DNA of 63,306 nucleotides, the filler included. It is 9 parts of 9 records of this genome, joined end to end, with 100 filler letters (N's around TTAATTAATTAA, not from the genome) between each part and the next. Parts side by side here need not be neighbours in the genome. Positions count along the whole stretch, not along the records: positions 1 to 5,899 come from SRR31147125_90100; positions 6,000 to 11,023 come from SRR31147125_90484; 7 more parts are not named here. One strand, 5' to 3'. The notes below the pieces were generated by a model that was not told the origin of the DNA, searched no databases, and saw only the letters and a list, made by a program, of their open reading frames with translations. Positions within the stretch are counted from its first letter, which is position 1, and every line of letters begins with the position of its first letter. The position numbers were made by a program, and so were the translations under genes. This document shows, piece after piece, positions 1 to 10,056 of this stretch.

Positions 1-1
1 G

Positions 2-517
2 ACGGCGCAGGTACAAGCAGCTCCCCAGCAAATCCAGGGGAATCCGGTGCAATATGCCCAGGTGGATCCAACGCAACAACCGGTATATTCCGTCATGGAC
101 CCTGCCACAGGTCAGCTGTACTATACCTATGAACCGCCGGTCATGCAGCAGGCAGCCCCGGATGAGATTACTGCCGCCCAACAAGCTCAAGTTCCTCCAC
201 CGGATTATGGGCAGGTGATGAAAGCGGTTGAAGATTTTGCCGAAGGAGATGCCTCGGTCGGGGATGTACTGAAAACCCTTTACACCACCACGGCCCAGGA
301 TGATCAATTCTGGAAAGGGGCCCTTGTCGGCGCTGCCGCTGCCGTACTTATGACCAATGATACCGTCAAAGGAGCCATGGGAAAAACCCTGGGTGCCATG
401 ATGGGCGGTGGTGCAGGCGCCGCCGCTGCCGCCGCGGACGGAAACGACGGCCCATCCCCGCAAGGATCTTCCGACGACACCCAGTCTGCCGACACTTCCA
501 AAGAAAAGACAAAATAA
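2..517 (+). CDS. Ferrosome-cluster small membrane protein (YtxH-like/GxxxG type) with Gln/Pro/Tyr-rich N-terminus; 5'-partial
   Basis: Frame is open from the contig edge (TAQVQAAPQQIQGNPVQY...). C-terminal FWKGALVGAAAAVLMTN hydrophobic GxxxG segment is shared with the ORF at 1109. Confidence 0.75.
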   Translation, partial: TAQVQAAPQQIQGNPVQYAQVDPTQQPVYSVMDPATGQLYYTYEPPVMQQAAPDEITAAQQAQVPPPDYGQVMKAVEDFAEGDASVGDVLKTLYTTTAQDDQFWKGALVGAAAAVLMTNDTVKGAMGKTLGAMMGGGAGAAAAAADGNDGPSPQGSSDDTQSADTSKEKTK

Positions 518-565
518 ACATTGATACACTTATTCTTAATATCTAATTAAAAAGGATTACATTTC

Positions 566-1009
566 ATGGATACGACCCAGACCTATGTAAAGGATGCCAC
601 CCATACCCCCCTCTACCAGACAACCCCATTGCATCAGTACACCACCACACCGACAGCAACGCAGGTGGTCTACACCCAGCCCCAACCCGCAACCACCACG
701 CCCTTGAAATATACAACCACCACGCCGACCTCAACCGTCGCCTCCAAGGCAGCCTCTGCCGGGATGTTCGGTTTCATCGTTGTCAGCACCGGTACCATGG
801 GCGCCAATCTCCACAAAGTCTCAGCCGGAGAGATGACCTTGGGCCAAGCTGTTGGAAACAGCGTCGTCAATGGCGTGACCGGCGGAGTGGCTGCCGCTTC
901 CGCCACCGCTGCCACTGCCACCTTGACCAACGGCGGTGTGGCAGGCCTTGCCGTCACAGTGGCTGCAGCTACCGGGGTCAGCTATCTGATCAATCACCTT
1001 ACCAAATAA
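566..1009 (+). CDS. MamC-like Gly/Ala-rich membrane protein with Thr/Pro/Tyr-rich N-terminal extension
   Basis: RBS AAGGA upstream. C-terminal GTMGANLHKV..GEMT..A..GVTGGVAAASATA pattern resembles MamC-family proteins. Confidence 0.65.
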   Translation: MDTTQTYVKDATHTPLYQTTPLHQYTTTPTATQVVYTQPQPATTTPLKYTTTTPTSTVASKAASAGMFGFIVVSTGTMGANLHKVSAGEMTLGQAVGNSVVNGVTGGVAAASATAATATLTNGGVAGLAVTVAAATGVSYLINHLTK

Positions 1010-1108
1010 CTATTTAAGAACCGTATTTTACGGATAATCTCTTCCTGGTGAAAATGACCAGTTGATTATTTCCGGGAATTAACCGTATGATTTTAAGGAG
1101 ATGTTTTC

Positions 1109-1504
1109 ATGAGCACCTACAATGATCAGATCGCTCAACAGCCTCAGCAGGTGTATCAGACCCAGGTCCCTGCCCAGCAGCCCCAGGCCGTTTATGTTCA
1201 ACAGCCGTATTACACCGCTGAGACCACACCGACCGTCCAATCCTCTCAAACGACTGTGCCGGTAACCAATACGACCTCCCTGCCCACTTCATTTTTGGGG
1301 CTGGATGTCTCATCATCCGCCTTCTGGAAAGGGGCACTGGTGGGTGCAGGCATCACCCTCTTGGTCACCAATGAATCCGTACAAAAAACCGTGATGAAAG
1401 GGATGACCAAAATGATGTCCGCCACTTCCAGCGGCATCGAGGAACTCAAGGAAAAATATGAGGATGCCAAAGCGGAAGTAGATGCTGAGGATGCCGGGAT
1501 CTAA
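1109..1504 (+). CDS. YtxH-like/GxxxG small membrane protein with C-terminal charged helix
   Basis: RBS AAGGAG. FWKGALVGAGITLLVTN followed by IEELKEKYEDAKAEV. Q/T/P-rich N-terminus. Confidence 0.75.
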   Translation: MSTYNDQIAQQPQQVYQTQVPAQQPQAVYVQQPYYTAETTPTVQSSQTTVPVTNTTSLPTSFLGLDVSSSAFWKGALVGAGITLLVTNESVQKTVMKGMTKMMSATSSGIEELKEKYEDAKAEVDAEDAGI

Positions 1505-1570
1505 TTACTCCCTTTTTCCACCCACTTCATTTGTTCAATGGGGATCTTCACCAGAGTCACCTTGATTTGA

Positions 1571-1614
1571 TGGGGTTGGGGACAGGTTTATTTCTTTAGA
1601 CCTGTCCCTCCCCA
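1571..1614. repeat. Intergenic inverted repeat (GGGACAGGT-N12-ACCTGTCCC), REP-like or mRNA stem-loop
   Basis: Perfect 9-bp arms at 1579-1587 and 1600-1608, extendable with TGGGG/CCCCA. Confidence 0.55.
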
Positions 1615-1658
1615 CTCTGGCCCTCCCCGGCCACGAATAAAAAAGGCCTGACCATCTC

Positions 1659-3905
1659 ATGTCACTCTCTTTTCAACTCAAGCAATCCATTTCCCATCGT
1701 ACCCGGCTACGGATACCGGAATTCAAGAACGATTCCGAGATATGCCGTCGAGTGGAGATCCGCATCAGACCGCTACAAGGAATTACCCATGTGGAAGTTC
1801 GTCCAAAATCAGGCTCCCTGATCTTGATCCACCCGGAGGGACGCCCCTCCCTGGATCAGGTGTTGTCTGATGTGAAAGATGAGTTCTCCGTCTATTTGAA
1901 AGGATTGGAAAGGGAAGACAATAATAAAAAATCAGGCAGACCTTCCAAAATCAATCCAGCCGCTGCCAAGGCCGGTGAAGCGTGCGGATGTCGCTACCAT
2001 GTGTCCGGAAAAACCTTGGTGATCACCGGCATCTACATTCTCTATTTAATGGTCCGACGGATATTATTCCCGCTTCCCCAGGTGATCGACGGCATTGCCT
2101 CCATTCCGTTTGTTACGGCTTTTCTTCTGGCACTTCCCATCCATCGACAGGTCATCGACAACTTCAGATCCACCGGAAAAGTGGATATGGGCATGATCTC
2201 AACGGCCCTGGTCTATCTGGCCCTTTTTACCGGAAATGTCGTCTCCGCCCTGGTGGTGACGTGGCTGTTCAACTTTTCCGGTTGGATGGAGACCCGAATC
2301 AAAGAGCGAACCCGACAGACCGTTCGTGAGATGCTCACCGGTAACGTAACCCATGCCTGGAAGGTGGTGGACGGAACCGAAATCGAGGTGGCAGTGGACG
2401 ACCTGCAACCCGGCGATCTCATCGCGTTGAACCAAGGGGATCGCATCCCCGTGGACGGCGTGGTGATCACAGGGCATGCACTCATTGACGAGTCCGCCAT
2501 GACCGGTGAGAGTATGCCATTGGTAAAACATCCCAATGCGCCGGTGCTGTCCGGAACCATGATCGTGGAAGGGGGCATCCATGTTCGGGTGGAAAAAACC
2601 GGAGAAAAAACCCGCCTGGCCGCCATTATAAGGCTCATCGAATCGGCTGAAACCGACAGCGGAGAGTTGGGACGCCTCTCCCTTAAAATATCCCAGGCCA
2701 TGGTGCCGGTCTCTTTGCTGCTTGCGTCAGTCACGTTTCTGATTACCGGCAACTTTCTCCAGGCCATGACCGTCATCATGATCACCTGCCCCTGCGCCCT
2801 GAGGCTCTCCACAGCGGTTGCCGTTTCCGTAGCCATGGGCAATGCCGCATCTGAAGGAATTTTGATCAAAGGAGGATCCCATGTGGAGATGGCAGGACGT
2901 ATCGACCTTTTGGTTGTGGATAAAACCGGTACATTGACCCGATCCAGATCCACAGTGGCCGCCATCGAACCGGTTGACAAGCGGTATAAGGACGATACCA
3001 TTTTAAAATTGGCGGCTTCCCTTTTGAACACCTCCAGACACCCCTTGGGGAACGCCGTGGTTCAGGCGGCCCATGAGCGGGACATTCAACTCGTTTCCTG
3101 CGAAAACCGGGAGATGTTGATGGGTAAAGGCGCAAAAGGTAAGGTGGGAAGCCAATCCCTTCTTGTGGGGAGCAGACGTCTCATGGAAGAGCACACCATC
3201 GCCGGTCTCCCATCACACCCCACTCAAAATCAAAAAGAGAAAGAAGACTATCGAGACGCCAGTGTGGTGTTTGTTGCAGCAGACAAAAGACTCATCGGCC
3301 GGATCGAGGTGGGCAACAGGATTCGGGAGGATGCCTCCATGGAGACCATGGCCCGTATCCGTGAGGCCGGAGCGGGATATATTGCCATGTTGTCCGGCGA
3401 TACAAGGTCCGGCTGCGCCGGTCTCAAGGAGCGACTCGGATTTGACGAAGTGCGCTGGGGCATGACCCCGGAAGGGAAAGCCGACTGGATCGCAAGAAGA
3501 AAAGAGACGCATCCAGGAGAACGGATTGCCGTTGTTGGAGACGGCATCAACGATACCCCGGCCTTTGCCCTCTCCGATTTGAGTTTTGCCGTGGGAGAGG
3601 GGGGCGTCGACGTCACCATGGAGGTGGCCGACATCGTGTTGAAGCAAGGCGGCATCGGCCGGGTGGCCACCACCCTGGAATTGGGACGGGAGACCTTGGG
3701 AACCATTCAGCAAAGCTACACCATAGCCATCGGATTCAATGCCGTCACCCTTCTCATGATGACCCTTGGGATCATCTCCCCCATTGCCGGAGCGCTTTTG
3801 CATAACCTCACCACGGTGTATGCCGTAAGTAATGCGGCCAGGTCCGCCGGAGATGCCCACCAAACCATTCAAACGAAAAACCAAGTGAAACAGCTGCCCC
3901 AATGA
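1659..3905 (+). CDS. Heavy-metal P1B-type ATPase (FezH-like second ATPase of a fez cluster)
   Basis: TGES, CPC, DKTGT, HP and GDGIND motifs. Arg-rich N-terminal HRTRLR. C-terminal LLHNLTT. Confidence 0.9.
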   Translation: MSLSFQLKQSISHRTRLRIPEFKNDSEICRRVEIRIRPLQGITHVEVRPKSGSLILIHPEGRPSLDQVLSDVKDEFSVYLKGLEREDNNKKSGRPSKINPAAAKAGEACGCRYHVSGKTLVITGIYILYLMVRRILFPLPQVIDGIASIPFVTAFLLALPIHRQVIDNFRSTGKVDMGMISTALVYLALFTGNVVSALVVTWLFNFSGWMETRIKERTRQTVREMLTGNVTHAWKVVDGTEIEVAVDDLQPGDLIALNQGDRIPVDGVVITGHALIDESAMTGESMPLVKHPNAPVLSGTMIVEGGIHVRVEKTGEKTRLAAIIRLIESAETDSGELGRLSLKISQAMVPVSLLLASVTFLITGNFLQAMTVIMITCPCALRLSTAVAVSVAMGNAASEGILIKGGSHVEMAGRIDLLVVDKTGTLTRSRSTVAAIEPVDKRYKDDTILKLAASLLNTSRHPLGNAVVQAAHERDIQLVSCENREMLMGKGAKGKVGSQSLLVGSRRLMEEHTIAGLPSHPTQNQKEKEDYRDASVVFVAADKRLIGRIEVGNRIREDASMETMARIREAGAGYIAMLSGDTRSGCAGLKERLGFDEVRWGMTPEGKADWIARRKETHPGERIAVVGDGINDTPAFALSDLSFAVGEGGVDVTMEVADIVLKQGGIGRVATTLELGRETLGTIQQSYTIAIGFNAVTLLMMTLGIISPIAGALLHNLTTVYAVSNAARSAGDAHQTIQTKNQVKQLPQ

Positions 3906-3947
3906 ACGAATAAAATCAATTGAGTGTCCCCCCTTTTTTCAGCATTC

Positions 3948-3990
3948 TCCCCCTCTCCATTTATGGAGAAGGGGATGGGGGGTGAGGGGG
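3948..3990. repeat. REP-like palindrome CCCCTCTCCAT-TT-ATGGAGAAGGGG
   Basis: Imperfect inverted repeat followed by a G-rich tail, downstream of the ATPase. Confidence 0.5.
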
Positions 3991-4101
3991 CGTTACAACG
4001 ATTGCCTCCGAATCATTTAAAAAAGGTAGGATCAAAACAATCCCGGCAGCGCTCCGGAAAGCGCACAGGATGAAATGGCATATCAATAAGGAAAAACTAC
4101 A

Positions 4102-4521
4102 ATGGAACCATTCAATCCCATGATACCCATCACACCGATTTCCCCCGACACTGTAGTGACCACGACCACTTCAGTTGGGCGAAGACTGTTAACGCCGATA
4201 GAAGAGGTCATTCACCCGACTCCCATCCCAGAGGAAAACTTCACCCCTGCCCAATTTGCATTGGCCACCGTAGCTGTCGCCAGTGCCGGTACCATCGGGG
4301 GAAATATCGTCGATGTCCAAAAAGGGACCATGACCCCCAAGATGGCCGTGGCGTCGGCTTTTATCAAAGGGGTGACTGCCAGTGTCGTTCTCACGTTGAC
4401 TCCCAAACAGACCGTATCCGACATTGCCCTCACCGCAGTGGCCCTTGCCGGGGCAACCTATGCCATCGATCGTGTTTTAAGAAAAAGTGCTGCAGAAATA
4501 CGCGAACTTCCTGAGAAGTAA
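4102..4521 (+). CDS. Second MamC-like small membrane protein with Pro/Thr-rich N-terminus
   Basis: AGTIGGNIVDVQKGTMTPKMAV..KG aligns by eye with the C-terminal half of ORF 566-1009. RBS AAGGA. Confidence 0.65.
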   Translation: MEPFNPMIPITPISPDTVVTTTTSVGRRLLTPIEEVIHPTPIPEENFTPAQFALATVAVASAGTIGGNIVDVQKGTMTPKMAVASAFIKGVTASVVLTLTPKQTVSDIALTAVALAGATYAIDRVLRKSAAEIRELPEK

Positions 4522-4536
4522 GGAGAGAAAATCCCC

Positions 4537-5899
4537 ATGTCAGCCCCGACAAAGCAAAAGATACTCATTGCCAATGAACTGGATCATCGTATCCGGGTGA
4601 AGGCCAGGTATTTAAAAAGCAGACATCTGGATCCCGATTATTTTGAAGCGGTGGTGGAGGCGATCCCCGGAGTGGATCAGGTGCGCTCCAACTTCAAAGC
4701 CGCGTCCGTCATCGTGATCTATGACGGACGCCCCCAGACCCGAAGTGCCATCCTCAACTGTGTGGCCGACCTTCCCAAGGATGTCTTCAACGGCAAGAAC
4801 GATCGCAAACAGCCCCCCTCCATTCTCACTGTCATTGGGAAAGGCGCCTTGGCAGCCTCATGTCTGTTGCTTCCGAAAGTTGCTGCCGCCCCAATTGCCC
4901 TGATTCTTGCGGCGCCCGTAATCATAGAGGGGATTGTGACGCTCTGGAATCGCTCTTTGAAAGTGGAGGTGCTGGATGCGGCTGCCATTTCCTTTACCAT
5001 CGTGCGACGGGATTTCTTTGCCACCAGTATGATCGTTTTTTTGCTCTCCCTTGGCGAATATCTGGAAGCCCTCAGTGAAGAGCGAACCACCGGACTTCTC
5101 AAGAGCTTACTAAAACCGGGAAAGGAAACCATCTGGGTGGAAATCGACGGTCAGGAACTGGAGATTCCTCTGGATGAAGCGCAAATCGGCGATCGCGTGG
5201 TATGCGGCCCCGGTGAAATGATTCCTCTGGACGGCAAGGTGGTATCGGGCGATGCCCTTCTCAATCAAAGCTCCATCACCGGAGAGTCGGTACCGGTCCA
5301 TGTTTCCCCCGGCAAAGAGGTGATCTCAGGATCTGTGGTTGAAGAGGGAAAAGTGGTATTTGAAGCGACCCATGTCGGATCGGAAACTTCAGTGGCCCGA
5401 ATCTCAAAATTCCTTGAAAACTCCCTACGATACGGCTCCGAATCCCAGAAAAAGAGCGATGAACTGGCAGACAAGCTGGTACCGGTCACCTTTGCCCTGG
5501 GTCTTGGGATCTACGGCGTGACACTGGATGCAGCCAAGGCAGCCGGTGTACTGACGGTGGACTACTCCTGTGTCATCAAATTGTCCAGCCCGGTGGCGGT
5601 TCGTGTGGCCATGTATACGGCAGCCCAGAACGGCGTTCTTTTAAAGGGAGCCCAGGCCATGGACGGCCTTGCACGGGTGGATACCCTGGTGTTCGACAAA
5701 ACCGGCACCCTGACCAGAGGCCGATTGACCGTGACCGATCTTGTGGGCGTCAACGGTCTCACTCAGGAAGAGTTGCTCACCCTGGCGGCCTCGGCTGAGG
5801 AGCACTACTCCCATCCGGTGGCCGATGCCGTGGTTCATGCTGCCAAAGAGAGATGCCTTACGTTGATCGCCACCAGTCAGGTGGACTTTATCGTGGCCC
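4537..5899 (+). CDS. fezB: P1B-6-type ATPase, FezB-like (ferrosome iron ATPase); 3'-truncated by contig end
   Basis: DYSC membrane motif in place of CPC, Arg-rich N-terminal HRIRVK, TGES, DKTGT, HP. Confidence 0.8.
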
Positions 5900-5999
5900 N
5901 NNNNNNNNNNNNNNNNNNNNNNNNNNNNNNNNNNNNNNNNNNNTTAATTAATTAANNNNNNNNNNNNNNNNNNNNNNNNNNNNNNNNNNNNNNNNNNNN
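5900..5999. other. Artificial contig spacer (N run with TTAATTAATTAA). Also at 11024-11123, 17040-17139, 22775-22874, 28684-28783, 37840-37939, 43919-44018 and 54269-54368
   Basis: The same 100-nt spacer with a stop-codon linker occurs eight times. Genes are truncated and composition changes at each one. Confidence 0.98.
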
Positions 6000-8900
6000 A
6001 GAAGAGGAGGAAGAAGAGGAGGAAGAGGAAAAAGAGGAAGACACAGGACATGCACGTCGATCTCGGACTCCGTCCCCCACTGCGTATCATCTCCAAGTTC
6101 CACTCGATCCACCCCAACCACGCTCAAACGGATCAGACGGTTCTTCTCGTCGACGTGCTTCGATTGCCGGCCCAGGACCCGTGCCTCCCTTGCGTGGTCT
6201 TGTGCCAAGACGTTCTTCAGACGTTGGACGCTTCGGGATCTCCAAAACGGTGCGTTTGGCATGATCATCACAATGCTGATCTTGCCTTCCTCAGCTTCCA
6301 CCACCACATAAACAGAATTTGTCCCCTACAACTCCACGACGGTACGTTTCAACCGACAAGTGCGTGATGAGTGATGATCCCTTTCGCAGCTCACCTCCAG
6401 GACGAGAGGGAAATGGATTGACTGAGGTACGCGATCGACGGCGTATGTTCATTCATCCGTATCTCTCGCTTCCCGCAGGAGGCAACAGCGAAGCGTTCCG
6501 TCGATCCACGAAAAATATGCCTTCGTTTGAGTAGTGGCTCTTCACGCTCCTCCAGTCCTAGAACCCCACGAACTCCACGAACCCCACGACCTCTTACGGG
6601 GAGACGGATCCCAACGAGTGAATCCTCCATTGTAAAGGTTAGGACGAAAAGACCCGACGCAAATTGAATGGATTGTCGATTAGGGGGAGCTTGAACGTGT
6701 GATTGGCACGACGGCAGGTGGCGGCGTATCCTTTTCGTGCAGTCCAGCGACGGGCGAGGTGGCATTTCCTGCTGGTGCTGTTGTAGTGATCTGTAATATG
6801 GAGGTGTGTGCTGTGTGTGTGTGTGTGTGTTGTCCCTACCCACCCACCCACCCCCATGCAGACGAACCAACAATCCTTTCTTCTTTCGACGAATAACAAG
6901 AGCATCTACTCGCTGTCTTTTTCATCCAATGGACAATTTCTCGCTGCAGGACAGGTAGGATGGAGGAGGAGCGCATGTTCCCCAATCCAACAGTGGAACA
7001 GGCAGGAAAAGATCCTCTCGTTCTTGTCTGGGATGTAGCCGACGGTTCTGTGCTTGCAGAGTTGAAGGGACACAACTACGGTGTCAGTTGTGTCATGTTC
7101 TCCCCTGATATGCGATATCTTGTCTCCGTGGGTGTCTCCAATGATGGATGCTTCTACGTCTGGGACTGGAGAGCGCGTTCTTGTGTAGCCACGAATCGCA
7201 TTTCCAGCGAGGTGCACGGTCGCACGGGACGATTGAATGCCTGGGTTGATTTGTGATAATAAGGTCAATACGATCGCCTTCTCAGCGGATGGCCTCAAAT
7301 TTGTGACGGCAGGGAAACGTCATCTGAAAACGTGGAATCTCTGCGCGGTATGGTTCATTCTCGTGTGGAGAGCACGAGAAGGAGGTGACACAGCCTTGCA
7401 AAAGCTTCCTGCAACACCGCACACAGCTACAACCGTTGCTTTGGAGGGAAAATCAAGACTCGGCGTTTTTCGCAGTGCGACGATCCTTGGTACGAAGGAA
7501 GGAAGATATGGATGGGTGGTCTAACAAACGTCCAGCTCTTGCATTTAGAACCATTGGTGGCCATGAGTATGGATTCTGTTTAACACAGAACAGAGCCATT
7601 CACGTTATGGAGAGCGTCGATGCAGCATGGCCCGTGGAACACATAACCTTAGAGGTCTGACTTCATCGGCATGCCTCCTCTCTTCTGATTCGGTCGGTGA
7701 ACAGACGCCCCGTGTCCATGACATGGACGTTTCCGTGCAGTTGATTGCCGTTGCTTGTGCCAGGGGAACCGTCCAGTGCGCATGCACGCAAACATCTGTG
7801 TAACGGGAATCATCTTTCTCTTTTCAGGCTGTTTGAGGCTGAATCTCCTCAGGAGAAAGGGGTAGTAGGCTGGCTCTGTTTTCATGGGAACGAAGATCTC
7901 GACACATGGGGTGTCAAATTCACCCCATGGTATGTCGGCGTGTGTCATCATACTCCCTCCCGTCTAAAACTGGACAGTGGGAGGCGTCTTCACTGCCTCT
8001 ACAGCGATTCAACGATTGCCGTGTGGAATGTTTCCGATATCTCCCATCCTTCTATCCTCCGAAAACTCCCCGCCCATTCGGGGTGTATCTGGGATGTGGA
8101 CACGATTCCCTTTTCAACGTCGTCGCTTGATGCTCCCTTTCCCCTTCTACCTTCGTTACAGCCTGTGCCGACGGTTGCATTCGGATATGGGACGCAGATG
8201 TCCTTTGCCAATTGGTCTCTGACTCTGTTCATGACCATCACGACGGCGTCGTGATCATCTCACAACACCCCAAGATGGACAATGCGGGTGGTACGCTCCT
8301 CTTTCTCTCTTTCTCTCGTTCTCTCTTTGCTCATACCTGAATCGTAGCCAAATCAAAGAGACCAGGCTCCGAAATTCTTCATCACACACAAGGAGAAGAA
8401 ATTCGCTGTGTAAAGTTGGGGAGTGGTGGACATCACCTCGTCTCGGGAACGCGTGGGGGATATCTCACGTACGTATACGGCGGTGGTCCCTTCACACACT
8501 GACCTTTTCACCAGTGTGTATGACATGCACACACTTGGCCAAGTGGCATCCTGTCATGCTCACGAGGCAGACATCCTGGCCATTGCATTTTCACCTTCAA
8601 TTCCCCATCAATCTGGTATGTATAACGCAGAGCGAGACAGCAGGGGTCACTTGACACGTGAGTAGGACGGACCAAATGCTTTGTGGCCACTGGTGGACGC
8701 GACCGCATGATCAAAGTCTTTGATGCGAACAACGAATACGAATTCCTTGGGTATGGAAGAAAAGGGCGATGAGTTCACTCATGTTCTTGGATTCAGATCC
8801 ATGGAGGATCATTCGTCAAGTGTAACCGGCATCTCTTTCACGCCCGATGGACACTACATGATTAGTTGTGGAGCTGATACATCTCTCGTGTTTCGATCTA

Positions 8901-9972
8901 TTCAATCGGGGACGCTGGACGTACTTCGTGAACGCCAATCTGTTGTTCCTTTTGGTGCCCTCAGTGATATAGAGCTCGATCCTACGGGGGAGGTAGGTTC
9001 CCTCTCACGCCTGTGCCCCAATCAATGCTAAGAAGGAGCCCAGAATGCATACACCACAGGACAGGATAAGCACTTCACAATTTGGAACGTCACTAGTGGA
9101 AAGGCTGTGGCACGCTTCAAGACGGATCCAACAAACGCAGAAGAACTATACCGCGTACGTTGCGTTATTGTCCATACATCTTGCTCCCGTGTTTATTCCT
9201 GCGCGTCTCGTCTCTAGCTTCATGTCGATCCTACAGGAAGTTTTGCTGTTCTGGCTGCAGCAGACAAAGTCACTCGTGTCATTGATATCAAATCGGGGGA
9301 GGTCATTTGTCATGTGCGCACGAGCATCGTATGAAAATGTGGACGAACACGCACGGCAGATGGCAGGACACTCAGAAATGATCACGGGATGCAAATTCAC
9401 GTCCGATGGAAAACGGATCGTAACCGTGTCTGGAGATGGGACGGCGTTCCTTTGGCAGGTCCCCGTTGCTCTTCAAACCGTGATGATGGTGTGTTGTGCC
9501 TCTCATGAGCGATTCTTTCTCATTGTTGCCACTAGGGGAAGCTTAATCAAACGCGTGAGCGAAAACGTGAGGTTGAGGTCAAGGTGTGTGGTCGTGGCCT
9601 TGTAGACGTGACTGCCATGCGTTACACGTATTCAGGCTGGAGTGACATGCTGGGAGAATCATCCTCGCCGTGATGAGATGAAAGAGCCTCTGTTGAATAA
9701 GGATGTGAGGATCGTTGGGATGACACACGCCAATTCTCTTCCTCTTTCCGTTCCCTGCATTCCATCGGAACCCATGAAACATGAAACCGGAAGTGTGGAC
9801 GTCCTGTCAGCCGACTTTGGTGTCATTGTACAAAAGGAGAGAAATCGGCGGTATTCCCTTCGTCTGACCGATAATGACGACGTGCGTTGGGGTCCCTTCC
9901 CTTCTGGTGGACTGAATCCCCATCAGACAGGAAAAATGGATTCTTGATTCTCTCAGTGAAATGACTTTTTGA
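6000..9972 (+). CDS. Eukaryotic multi-exon WD40-repeat protein, WDR62/MAPKBP1-like; 5'-partial, 3' end approximate
   Basis: Removing GT-AG introns (e.g. 6250-6294, 6342-6389, 6427-6478, 6638-6683, 6804-6861, 6955-7001) gives a continuous frame: ...GELERVIGTTAGGGVSFSCSPATGEVAFPAGAVVV...IYSLSFSSNGQFLAAGQAGKDPLVLVWD...GHNYGVSCVMFSPD... Confidence 0.8.
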
Positions 9973-10056
9973 ACGGTGGATTATGACTTTTTGAATTCCA
10001 TGTCGACCGTTCGCTCCCTAACCGTCTACCCTTCCTCCACCTCGTCGGCGACCCTC

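Noticed and set aside
566-4521. Magnetosome island, suggested by the MamC-like proteins
   Set aside because: No core mam genes are visible, and the DYSC-type ATPase context fits a fez cluster better.
5900-5999. TTAATTAATTAA recurring eight times as a biological repeat, and ORFs running into the N spacers
   Set aside because: Artificial contig linker. Adjacency across spacers carries no biological meaning.
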